Assembly: GCF_964204645.1 (NCBI RefSeq)
Contig: NC_134028.1
Coordinates: 18,421,653-18,485,652 of the forward strand
Direction: 5' to 3'
Origin: Tubulanus polymorphus
Taxonomy: Eukaryota > Animalia > Nemertea
DNA: 64,000 nucleotides
In this document: positions 52,934 to 64,000 of the stretch, one piece after another
Layout: each line of letters begins with the position of its first letter
Position numbering within the stretch: the first letter of the stretch is position 1
The notes under the pieces: generated by a model
What the model was told of the DNA's origin: nothing
Seen by the model: only the letters and a program-made list of their open reading frames with translations
Database searches by the model: none
Position numbers and translations under genes: made by a program

Positions 52934-53145
52934 AATTGTATTGTAATATACCTAGTGTATTTGTATTTGTATTAATAAATGTTGACAATAGATGGCATAC
53001 CTATCGCTTTCTTGAAAAGAATCCTTTGTCCTGGTGAGTTGTGTGTTATCCTTTTGTCCCGGTTTAAGACTCGGATTGTCCCCTACTACAGCGGCGATTA
53101 CCCCTTATATTACGATCAGAATACTCCAAGACGACAATTGTTACA
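52934..53145 (+). repeat. 5' LTR (first ~24 bp missing)
   Basis: Aligns to 59153-59360 with 8 substitutions and one 4-bp indel by manual count; ends GTTACA. Confidence 0.92.
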
Positions 53146-53146
53146 C

Positions 53147-53167
53147 TGGTGAGAGCGAAGTGGGATT
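53147..53167 (+). promoter_or_regulatory. Primer-binding site, degenerate tRNA-Leu-like
   Basis: TGGTGAGAGCGAAGTGGGATT right after the LTR; compare the tRNA-Leu 3'-end complement TGGTGTCAGAAGTGGGATT. Confidence 0.6.
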
Positions 53168-53496
53168 TATTTCGATTGTTGTGTATTTTATGGTCTTTTA
53201 ATGCGGCTCCACATTGGGAACCTAGTCTGAGCGAACCACGCTTACCATTATTAGTAGAAAATACTTGAAAGACTTATAACGGACTCTCATAGCAGTTAAA
53301 ACCGTTAACTTGTCATATTCTTTATTTAATCAGAATTAGTACTGAGGGAAAATTTGGGGAAAAATTATTATTATTTGCATATTATTTTATTATTGCTGGG
53401 GAGACTGAGAGCGAGACACAGACCAGTATACGAAAAACTTTTGTGCACCTTTTCTATTATATTGGACTGTGTTGAATTAACTGACTTGTATTTATA

Positions 53497-54494
53497 ATGT
53501 CGATGCCTGGGGAACATTCCGAAGAAGATGCTAGTTATCTCGGTGTTAACCAGTTCCTCATGTCTTTGACACAGTATGTGGAACATAAAATTAAAAACAC
53601 AAAGTCAGAATCACCCTCTGAGCCAGCCAAACCCAGAGACCACACCAAGGTACCTGCACCTAAAACCTACAGTGCTGGTCACAATTTTAAAGTATGGCTC
53701 GAGAGATTTGATAGTAACTGTGACATCATGTGGATAACTGATCCTTCAGTACAGAAGGATCATCTCTTAATGTATATGGACCATGAGTCATATCTGGCCA
53801 AAAATCTTCACTTGTCAGACAAACTGAATTATGATGAGTTCTCGACATCCATTAAAGACCGTCAATCCCTAACACAATCGCCCGGCGATTACAAACTCAT
53901 GCTAAAAGCACGCGAGCAAAAACAGCCCGAAAACCTCGGACGTTTCGGCGATGCACTTATGGAGCTAGCCCAAATGCCTATCCAGACGCTGGACATACAC
54001 TACAAGACGAGCTGGCTCGTGATCAGTTTTTGACAGGAGTTAATTTGCCATTAACAGCTAGGGAACAGTTGTACGTTTCTCAGCCGAAAACCTTGTAAGA
54101 GGCTGTGTCCCTGGCTAGAGGTTTTGAATCGGCTAGGCGAATAGCTGAAAAGCAGGAGTCGAGGGGGAAACGTGCGATGGTAAATGAAGCCCAGCCAAAG
54201 CCCATCGAGACCAAGCTGCTTTCGGAACTGGTTAAACAGGTCCAGAGTTTAAACCTCCGCATCGAAAATCTCGAGCATCGAGGTCAGACAAGGCCTTCCA
54301 GGAATCCGGAACCTCCCAGAAATCCAGCGGCTGACATCTGTTGGCGCTGTTGGGTGCCAGACCACCCGGCTAGTGCATGTCTTACGGCGATATGCCACTC
54401 GTGCACTGAGCCCGGACATTATGCTAGAAACTGTCCTAATAGTCAGGGAAACGGGCAGATGCGTTCCTCGAGGGGCAGAGGCAAGCCCTTTTAA
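53497..54494 (+). pseudogene. Gypsy gag (frameshift and stop)
   Basis: FKVWLERFD capsid-like region; knuckles CWRCWVPDHPASAC and CHSCTEPGHYARNC. Confidence 0.88.
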
Positions 54495-54739
54495 ACCATC
54501 GGCCCCAAGTTCCGAAAAATATTCCTCCACACCGTAGAAAATTAGATACCTGTATAAATGTTGTAAATACCCCTGTATACAGTACGAATGAAAATGATTA
54601 TGAATACGACAACCCACAGTGTAGCTGCCCGGACTCAAGTGGTTTACAAGTCGGGAAGAGCACACCTCCTAACGGTCAAAGCTCCTCTTCAGAGTACACC
54701 CCGAACTCCCGAGAGCCCACCCCATTAAATAAAAGTGTG

Positions 54740-57700
54740 CAGAATGTAGATATCCGTTACACTGGCCTCTATTGTTCTGCTATAGTCAATAGTGTAGGAA
54801 GAATCTCTGCGCTTTTCAACACCGGCGCTGGTGTGACTATGCTCAAGACTTCTCTCTGGGTGGCGAGTAATGGGGGTGAAATGGGGTGCCTGAAACCAAT
54901 TGATTTTGAGTTGGTTACGGCTACCGGCCAGGACATTAAGGTTAGGGGTTCGGTCGATGTTCGCCTTAGTTTGGGGGATTGTAGTTTTATGGTTCCAATG
55001 GTGATTGCAGATGATTTGTAACAGGATTGTCTCCTTGGTGGTGATTTCATCAGCGACAACAACTGCGTGAGTGATTACCCAAATAGAGTCATGAGCAGTG
55101 GTCTGTCTGACATACCATTGGAACACAGGGATTCCCGACCAACTGCGTGCCGCCTATTCCTGACCGAGACTCGCATGATCCCAGCCGGACACGAAATTAT
55201 AGCTACTGCTTATTTTAGGCAGATATACAACCACAACAACAATTCCGTTGGGATTTTTTGTGGTAGAGCCCCGGGTCCATTCGGTATTGGTAGAACACTG
55301 GTTAGCCCGAACGATAACAAGGTGACTGTCCGTTTGGCCAATTTTTCGAACGTGACGTGCCGTGTCAACTTGTAGGGATTTTCTCTCCTTTAAACAGTAT
55401 CGAAATCCTCACTACTCAGGATAAGAGACCAGATGTCTCTGAAATCCCTACCAATAGTGAGGATCTAAACTCGTTGTTTAAGGAGCTGCAGCTCGATGCA
55501 ATTGACATTCCGGACAGTGATCGCGAGGCCTTAAAGAAGGTTGTCTCTGATTACCAGGATGTGTTTTTTTCCCGCGAAGACTTTGACATAGGGAGGACCG
55601 CGTAAGTTGAATTTGAAATAGATACGAGTGACCATCGCCCCATCAAACAACAACCGCGGCGTTTACCACCGGGTCATAGACAGTTTGTGGAGGGTCATAC
55701 TGCCGAATTACACAGTCACAGCTTCATCCGACCATCACAATCTCCCTGAGCCAGCCCCATTGTCTTGGCCAAGAAGTCCGATGGTAGCCTTAGGCTGTGT
55801 TGTGATTATCGGAAGTTAAATGACCCTACGATAAAGGATAGCCATCCACTTGGGCGAACTGACACTTGAGAGATAATTGCCCTAGTCGATATGATCGGAC
55901 ACTTCCGGCATTACCTGTTGGGCCTGAAATTCTTGGTGCGCACTGACCATGCAGCACTTAAATGGCTCCGGTCTTCAAACATTCAGTCTGGACAAGTTGC
56001 CCGCTGGAACAAACGATTGGCCGACTATGACTTTGATATCGAGCACCGGCCCGGGCGTATCCTACTAAATGCGGACGCGCAGTCCCTCATCCCTAAACGA
56101 CTGAAGCGTCATGGAGATTGCCATACCCGTGGTCAGACCGGCCCCCCAAAATGTCAGGTTTCGGCGGTGGGTGTGGGTAGTGATCATGCAGGCTTGTCGA
56201 CAGTGGACATAGCCCGGTTACAGGACGAGGACGCTGACATATCTGTAGTCAAAGACTTGGTCCATTGACAACAGATTAAACCTAGTGCCGATGTGATGCG
56301 CCAATTTAGCACCAAAACCAGAATGTTTCTGGGTGAATATGAGCGCCTAGTGATTGACAAGGACTTTTTATTTTTGAGACCCTCCCCTGGATCCAGACTT
56401 TCGAAATCGCGTGTTGTTCTGCCTTACATGTTACTGCCTAAGGTTTCGTCACACCTTCATGACGGTATCTCCGGCAGGCACTTAGGGCGCACTAAGACAA
56501 AGCGGAAGATGCGCGAACGATTCTAGTGAGACCGGTGAGGTCTGACAAGAGCTGTCCATGAGTATATTCAACAGTGCCAGAAATGTCAAATATGCAAAAA
56601 TCCGCCCAAGCGACCGAAGGCACCTTTGGTGTCAACACCAGTGGGTCGTAGAGGGCAGAGGTTGCACATTGACATAGTGGGCCCCCTACAGCGTACTAAA
56701 CGCGGCAACATTTGCATTATTGTTGTCCAGGACGCATTCACTAAGTGGGTTGAGGCATGGCCAGTACGGAATGAGAAGGCCCCCACTGTGGCTCGGAAAG
56801 TCGTGGATGAATGGGTCACGAGATGTGGCTGCCCAGAAAGCATTCACTCGGAACGGGAAGCCAACTTCGAGTCCAAGGTTTTTACAGAAATGTGTCGACT
56901 GTTGGGTATCGATAAGACGTGTACCACCTCGTATCACCCGATGGGGAATGGTCAGGTGGAAAACTTTAATAAATCCATCATGGCCATGCTGACCATATCC
57001 GTGAATGAAACTGGCACTGACTGGGATACGAAACTGTCATCATGCCTGATGGCATTTCGTTCTTGTGTTCAGGAATCCACCCGCGAAACCCTATTCTACC
57101 TGACTTTCAGTTCAGAGATGGTCTTGCCTCTAGATATTATGGTTGGGCCTCCAGAAGAACAAGAGTACATCACTATGTTTAGCCGTGATGTACACTCAAA
57201 CTTACAAGAGGCGCACAAAAGAGTCAGGGAGAGACTGGGTAAAGCTCAGCGGCGTCAGACTGTCAATTACAACAGATTTGCTAGGCGGGGTGGGTATAAC
57301 ATTGGGAATCGGGTATGGCTCTATAGTCATGCCATTAAGCCAGGGGAGGCGTCAAAATTCCATTCGAAGTGGAAGGGCCCCTTCATTGTTATGGAGAAAC
57401 TATCGGAAGTGACGTATCGGGTCAGACTGGAGGGGGGTCCCCCAAAGCAAAAGACTGTCCACTTCAATGATATGAAGCCAGCGTTTGGCCAGCCGCATAC
57501 CAACGTCAAGAAGGCTGTCCCTGCAAGAACTAGAAAGACGACAGTTGAACCCCAACCTGCCCCTGAGATTGAAAATTCGAGCTCTTCAGGGAGCGATGAC
57601 GAGGAGATTGTCTGGAGGCGCCAAAACTAGCAGATTGTGGCAGTACTACCCAATGACGCCACACCAATCGAAGCGTAGGCAGAGGTCGATCCCCCAGCGG

Positions 57701-57963
57701 GTCAGCCAGTGGAAAATGCCCAGCTGCATCCACCGGCCGACAACAGAGATCAATCCAGTCGTCTGCGCCCGAGGAGAGCATTGAAAGAGCCAGCCCGATT
57801 CAGGGACTTAGTTCGTCATTACCCTATACCGGCAACCAGTACAGCAGTTAATGGCGACTGTACCACCTGCTGTCAGCGATGGTCCAGAATCCGGGAGAAG
57901 AAAGATCTGTGGCTGAAGAAAGCGCGAAAATTGCTGCGGGACAGAGAACACCTCACCGGTTAA
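54740..57963 (+). pseudogene. Gypsy pol: protease, RT N-terminus, RNase H C-terminus, integrase
   Basis: ALFNTGAGVT (protease, D>N), SP*ASPIVLAKKSDGSLRLCCDYRKLN, VRTDHAALKWL, HLGRTKT, LHIDIVGPL, YHPMGNGQVENFN, KWKGPF, terminal RPRR..PARF.D. Confidence 0.92.
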
Positions 57964-57983
57964 ACTCTCTGCTCTCCGGCCAA

Positions 57984-58017
57984 CTTAACGTTTTTCTCTC
58001 TTTCCTTCTGTTTTTAG
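57984..58017 (+). promoter_or_regulatory. Putative 3' splice acceptor for the third ORF
   Basis: CTTAAC branch-point-like motif, 25-nt pyrimidine tract with one G, AG at 58016-58017, ATG at 58026. Confidence 0.6.
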
Positions 58018-58025
58018 CTACCAAA

Positions 58026-58654
58026 ATGTCTGATGTGCTTCAGTTGGATACGTTGAACGAAAAAACACCATGTCGATGGAGAGGTTTAATCTGCTGGGGA
58101 CAGAACTCAGCTGTTTGATGTCCCAGCATGGGGGTACGAGTATACATCTCGTGGATAAGCTTGAGAAGCTTGATCGACATCTTGATCTACGGCGTCCAAT
58201 TCTCCTGCTGAGCGACTCCATGTTTAAAGGAGTCAAGTGCAGCGATGACTTGTATGTCATCGCTCACTCAGGAGAACGGATCTAGGAGGTCAGTCGGACC
58301 ATACGACTGATGAGCTGTTCAGCTGTTGTCGCTAACCACGGGGTGAATAACGTGTGGGAATTCGGTGATACGGTCAAGGAGATATATAGCCTGGCCAACC
58401 TTATACAGCGAAAATAACCCCTTGTCCCGATTTTCCACCTTCGTGTCCCAAAAGCCCTGTGTATGAGAGGCAAGCGTGAGACGGTCATCCCGATTGACCG
58501 CATCAATGTACATTTCGAGAAGGCCGGGTTCCGCACCATCGAACATCCGGACCTTCCAGACCACGACTACAGAGGGATCCATTATTGACCGAAGGCAGTC
58601 AACGAAGTAGCCCGTCATATTTTTGCCTCCGTCAAGAGTCATTTAGAGTCCTAA
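58026..58654 (+). pseudogene. Third ORF of the Gypsy element: SGNH/GDSL hydrolase-like (three stops, probable frameshift near 58060)
   Basis: Single frame 58070-58654: ILLLSDSMFKG (block I), IAHSG (II), VVANHGVNN (III), DYRGIHY (V), in the correct order and spacing. Confidence 0.72.
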
Positions 58655-59128
58655 ATTTGTAGGTGGGACACCCTACAAAACCTGGCCTTTTGACTCGTGC
58701 ATCCCTGCCTCAGTCCTGGTTCTGCGTGTTAGAACTCTTCTGCTGGCCTCTCTTTTACTTTTTCAGCGCTAATTCGGAGAATCGTCGTACCATTTGTATA
58801 TAAACCATCACTTGTATATAGACCGTCATGTGTATATAGACCGCAAGTTCCATCACGTGAGTAGGTATGGGGATGGCAGGGCCAACACCAGATATCGGTA
58901 AATGGCCAGCGGTGAACCCTAGTCTACCTCGTGCTTCAGGAATGGATTCAGCGGAAATGTAAATATGTAAATAATCTGACTCTTGTGTACTATGCGAACC
59001 ATGGATGTTATCGATCGTCACCGTTTTGCAATGGGAACTCGGCATACCGGTATTGGACTGTTATTGCGTCGTGAAAGTTAATTTTGGTACTGAACCATAG
59101 TTAAGTACTCATTGTTAGGGGGGAGTGG

Positions 59129-59360
59129 TGTAACGGTGTGACTCCCGCCTGTAATTGTATTGTAATATAGTGTATTTGTATTTGTATTAATAAATGTTGA
59201 CAATAGATGGCATACCTATCGCTCTCCTGAAAAGAATCCTTTGTCCTGGTGAGTCGTGTGTTATCCTTTTGTCCCGGTTTAAGAGTCGGATTGTCCCCTA
59301 CTACAGCGGCGATTAACCCTTATATTACCATTAGAATACTCCAAGATGACAATTGTTACA
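59129..59360 (+). repeat. 3' LTR, 232 bp
   Basis: TGTAAC...GTTACA inverted termini, preceded by the polypurine tract; contains AATAAA. Confidence 0.95.
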
Positions 59361-59569
59361 CGTGCTTTTCCATAAGTTGGAAAGAAGAATTAATGATGTT
59401 AAAGTGACTGCATGAGGTATACAAATATTCAAAATTGTCTCATTATAGCCCCTAATTATAGCTTTCATCCAATCAGATTAAAATTGAGGTTGAGGTTTTG
59501 TTGTCAAATTTGAAAATGACTATGAGCAGACACACTCTTTTATTGACCGAGGAGTAGGTGAAGTCTTAC

Positions 59570-59677
59570 CTCCCATGTTGTGACTTTTTTCGGATATTTT
59601 GTCAATGCTGACACAGCTTTCTGATAGCCAAACACTCGCCATTTATCATTTTGGGCTTCATATAATGTTATCATTTG
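59570..59677 (-). CDS. POLL: DNA polymerase lambda, first exon visible in window (8-kDa lyase domain, N-terminal part)
   Basis: Manual translation QMITLYEAQNDKWRVFGYQKAVSALTKYPKKVTTWE resembles Pol lambda 'AY..QGDKWRALGYAKAINALKS..KPVTSYQ'. 108 nt, flanked by ttttag acceptor and gtaag donor, phase 0/0. Confidence 0.93.
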
Positions 59678-61499
59678 CTAAAAAGAATAAACACAGCAAG
59701 GAGATATATTTAGTGGATCAATATTAATTAATATATTCCTCTTTATTGCAACATCATTCCCCAACTGAATATGGAGCTAAAATAAAGCACCAGGCAGCTT
59801 TATTATTACCACAGAGTGCAAATTAACAAAGTTTTCATTCAGCTGCATTGAAATTGAATTGGATTTGATATTTTTTGCTTAACAAGATCTAATTAAATAA
59901 TAAAGCTGCAAAGCAGTGATAATGGGTTTCTGCTTAACTGGTTCAAATGTTGCAATGGGAAGCGTACAAAGATTTCATCGAAATAATTCTTATCAGTCCA
60001 TAAAATATGACTATTTCGAAGAAGCACAACCTAGGGGTCAACAATATGCTGAATATTGGATCCGTATAAGGTCTTCCACGTATAAAGTACTGATGTACCA
60101 AGTCTAGTCAAAATGGCTTTGATACCGAAAGTCCCCTGGTGGCTGTTGCATGAACTTGTCCGTCCTATATCCTCAACGAGCATGTTTTCATCCGTACTTT
60201 TGTTAAAAATCGGTTGATCTACCTTCATTATGCATCAATTTATTCAGTAAGGAATTTTCATTCGGAAATAAACAATGATTTTTAACAAAGTTGTTTTTGT
60301 CTTCATTTATCAGCGATAGTTTACTTTACTTGAGCATATTGCACATATGTTTATGGTTTTTAAACAACTTTGAATCCAACCTAAACCAAGTATACTCTAA
60401 AGGCAGCGTTGCCATGCTAATAAAAAATTAGGGAATTATAGATAACAAAATTATTGCATTTTCGGGATTCGAACATGATGTAGCATCACTGCCTCGATAT
60501 CTTTAAAGCAATTAACCTCTTCGCTACCATGCGTGACGTATATTTACGTCGCAAATAATGACCCTCTCTCACCTTCTCTCAATATATTCATTTACTACAA
60601 TTGCTGGTGTGGTGAGTCACTACGCCGCAGGGGTATAGACGTACTAAATGATCGTCTGCTGCATTTTAGTTTCACTATTTACTCATAGACAGCGAATCAG
60701 TGCCTCAAATACTGAACTGAATAGAATTGAATTTATGCTTGAGTGACAACATGCACCACTTTGTGCACGAAACAAGAAGGCACGTGCATGAGTTTTTTTG
60801 TCGGTATTTTTTAGCTGTTTCTTTTATAAAATGTCATCCTGGTCCAGATTTAGTAGACAGTCAATCACTACACGATAAGAATACAAAAAATGTGCTGGAA
60901 ATGGATCATTACAAGTTATTCGATCAAAATCCATTGATCGATCCACAAATCGATAAAAAAATCGATCAATAATTATTGGTGATCAATTTCTGATTTAATC
61001 GATTTTATTCTTAATAATACCATCTGATAGCTGAGGAGCTTTACAAATATATATGGTTTGTAGGGGTGATTATAAGTATTTATACAAATAGCGGCTTTTT
61101 GAATCGCAGATGGATGAAACAGTTCGCGGGAAATGACAGATCCAGACTGATGTTAGTCCGAATCTGTGATATACAGTTGGGTTGACACCCAAGTTCGTCC
61201 GGAAATTTGTAGGCATTTCAGGATGTACTTTTATCAATGGATGACGATTCCTTGCAACATTCTCGTTCGCTGTTTAGACCGGTTAATAACGCGGGATTGA
61301 TTCATAGTTAATTACTATAGGCAAATTATGAACGGTCAGATGCAAAGTTATATTTCTGTAAGAATTGCAAATTACGTTTATTAGCTGTTAGTAGTCGAAT
61401 ATCAGATGAGTTACATTTTATGAAAACATTTTGGGTTTTTATGGAATAAGATCATGGACATATTGAGTAGAAGTACGGCGCACCTGCCATGTTCAAAGG

Positions 61500-62725
61500 A
61501 AGGCTATGGTTCAGCAAACCTCACTTACTTCTACAGAGGGTGATATCCTCAGTCAGTTGAAGACGCGGATAAAAAACAATTTGAAAAAATGCAGCAAGAC
61601 ATGGAAGAGCTCAAAGGTCAACGGCTTGAACAGAGAAATTGGAACGGAACTGCATGGCGGAGAGGAGGTAACCGGAAGCCGATGGTACCACTAGAAGAAA
61701 GGATCTGCTACGGTTGCAAACAGAAAGGACATGTTAGGAAGTTTTGCCCGCAAATGACTCAGGGAAATGATCGGACGTCCACGCTTGGAGGCAACGAGCA
61801 GACAGGCAAGTAAAAAGCCTCAGAACTGCAGATCTCATTGGAGCACCTAATGAAGTAAATCTCAAGATAGGTAGCATTGGATGTTATGGCTTAGATTCGG
61901 GTTCAATGGTGTCAACGGTATCACATGAGTTTTTATCGTTTCATTTTGGCAAAGATGTACCTGTATATCCATAAAATGATTTGTGCCCTGGTTTTTCAGT
62001 TTCAACTGTTGCCGGTGCCGACTAACCATTTCAGGATTATTGTTCATTGAACGTGGACTACAACGATTCTTAGATGATCGTGTTATTTCTAGTGATGAGT
62101 TCTACGGACTACCATGACAAGAGTTCCTGTGTTATTGGGCACTAACGCATTGAAGTGTTTCGGTTCTGTTCTGTTGGTTTCGACCGACTCAAGTATCGAT
62201 GGTTCTACATGTTATGTTAAACTACCCGTTGTGTGGATGTTAACCCAAATTCCGAGGTTACCATTCACAGGTTAGTTCGATCTTCTGTAAATAGTAATTT
62301 TAATTGTTTTATGACGTCCAGCGACTCTCTTGTGATTCCAGGATCTCTCTCCGTTTTTCCCACTGTGTCTGTACTCCCAGATGTACGATGCTGTAGAGTT
62401 GCAGTTCGCCTGAGGAACACCGGTGAGAAGAAAGTCACCATACCGAACAAGACAGTGATCAGCAGTATAGGTCCTGTCACGGAGGTTGTTTCAGGCGATG
62501 TCAACACGTGTTTAGAAGAAACTAAGGTGAGGAAGTAATGGACGAGGAGTTCCTTAAATCGATTGATCTAACTGGAGTTTCGACTGATGAGGAGAAAGAC
62601 ATGCTAAAACAACTGCTCACTAAGTGGAAGCATATCTTTGCACTCGATGATTTAGATTTAGGGACAACCAACAAAGTTGAATCACACCATTGGAATGACA
62701 GACGATGAACTGTCATGCCGGACAT
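61500..62725 (+). mobile_element. Gypsy fragment (gag end, protease, start of RT)
   Basis: ICYGCKQKGHVRKFC knuckle, LDSGSMVST protease near 61890-61917, LLTKWKHIFALDDLDLGTT. Confidence 0.85.
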
Positions 62726-62844
62726 TACTACTTTAAAAATATTGGATTTTTTTTATTTCAGTAATTCATTAAAATATTTATAATACATTATATTCTTAAT
62801 TTCTATTTTTCAATGTATTGTAGTATTCTTATTCATATCAATAT

Positions 62845-63030
62845 AGGATAGGATAGGATAGGATTGTAAATTTCTATAGCGCCTTGTAAATAGCAGGGCT
62901 ATTATCAAAGGCGCTCTCCAGACGAAGATGGTGACTTGAACAGAAATGTCTTGAGCTGTGCTTTGAATGCTGGCAGAGAGTCAATATCACAGAGAGGTTG
63001 CGGAAGGGAGTTCCACACTGTAGGTGCAAT
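62845..63030 (-). mobile_element. L2-type LINE 3' end
   Basis: Minus strand APTVWNSLPQPLCDIDSLPAFKAQLKTFLF, followed by an agcgcc/ggcgct stem-loop and a (ATCCT)n tail. Confidence 0.8.
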
Positions 63031-63272
63031 ATCATTTTATCTCTCTTTTGTGTTAATTATCGATGGTTATAATGCTTGTATAATAATGAAGACATGGACT
63101 TGTTTGGTGTCTAGAACTCAGCGGTAATTAGCAGACTGATGTTTGATAGTTTGGTTGTTGTCAGTCTGTGACTTATTAATTAATTAACAGACTGACACTA
63201 GACTACTCATCGCTGACCAAACGGCCACACAGTTTTTCCTGCATCATATAAAAAGGGTAGCTTTTACAAGCA

Positions 63273-63750
63273 TGTCATTCTACTCTGATGCACGGACAAA
63301 TAAATACTGTTCTGACAACTGTATGTTATTTGGAATTTGTCTATTTCTTTAAAGGTGAGCGTATTTTATTAGTGTTATAGCTTAGGCCGAAGTAATTTAT
63401 AAAATGGCTTGTATTTCTGAGAGAATCTATTATTATTAAAGATTTTTGATTTAGATAGTAAGAGGATATTAGATATAAATTCTTCAAAGAAATGAAAGAT
63501 ATTCAATTTATGTAATAATATTTTACTAATAACATAATGTATTATAGTTCATATTTCTGATAATGAAATGTATGATTAGTCAGTTATTTGCAAGTTACTT
63601 ATCATAATTATTACTCATTATTCATAACTAAACAATTAGCAACCAAATCTTATATTATCTGTAAACTGTCATTCTACTCTGATGCACAGTCAAATAAATA
63701 CTGATCTGACAACTGTATGTTATTTGGAATTTGTCTATTTCTTTGAAGGA
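63273..63750. repeat. ~80-bp direct repeat pair (63273-63354, 63667-63748)
   Basis: tgtcattctactctgatgcac...gtctatttcttt(a/g)aagg occurs twice, about 395 bp apart. Confidence 0.85.
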
Positions 63751-64000
63751 GCTAGTTCCCCTCGCTCTGCGGCAAGCAACGGCAAACGAACACCCCGCAC
63801 GACCCTGGTGGAGAGGAAAGAATACCTCTCAGTACCTCTCATGTCTTGTAAAAATCCGATGAACCAATACCAACTACGATCAGGTATAACGCACCAACCT
63901 ACAACAAGTACTGGAACAACGCCTACGTCTACTTCTAAAGATAAGCAAATAGCCCAGCCATCGAGAAACCTAAGCAAAACAGCACATCTACCCAGAAATC

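Larger units (their letters stand above)
52934..59360 (+). mobile_element. Gypsy/Ty3 LTR retrotransposon with two LTRs, gag, internally deleted pol and an extra 3' ORF
   Basis: LTR pair, PBS, polypurine tract (AGGGGGGAGTGG at about 59117-59128), gag CCHC knuckles, and PR-RT-RH-IN domain order. Confidence 0.95.

Noticed and set aside
54249-55126. Antisense ORFs of 130-140 aa over gag-pol (also 57530-57781, 58319-58642)
   Set aside because: Shadow frames of GC-richer coding sequence with no recognisable motifs.
58026-58654. Retroviral env gene
   Set aside because: No signal peptide, furin site or transmembrane segment; the motifs fit an SGNH hydrolase instead.
59678-64000. Upstream POLL exons (BRCT, Ser/Pro-rich linker)
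   Set aside because: No convincing minus-strand exon found; the Ser/Thr-rich frame at 63748 is on the wrong strand.

Overview
AT-rich, repeat-dense eukaryotic DNA, most likely from an invertebrate animal (spliceosomal GT-AG introns and metazoan-type transposon families; no prokaryotic features). The only recognisable host gene is DNA polymerase lambda (X family) on the minus strand. Six phase-compatible exons lie between 59677 and 8352 and keep the lyase and polymerase motifs; the BRCT/N-terminal exons and the last exon were not found and probably lie outside the window. The long introns (8, 24, 17 and >8 kb) are filled with mostly decayed mobile DNA: three Gypsy LTR elements, BEL/Pao, Penelope-like fragments with hammerhead ribozyme motifs, CR1/L2-group LINE ends, piggyBac, Academ-like and Kolobok-like DNA transposons, MITEs and an intron-rich Crypton-like tyrosine recombinase. 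The most notable item is a two-LTR Gypsy element (52934-59360). In the env position it carries a third ORF with SGNH/GDSL-hydrolase motif blocks, directly behind a strong 3' splice acceptor. All family calls come from motif recognition by eye; no database search was run.
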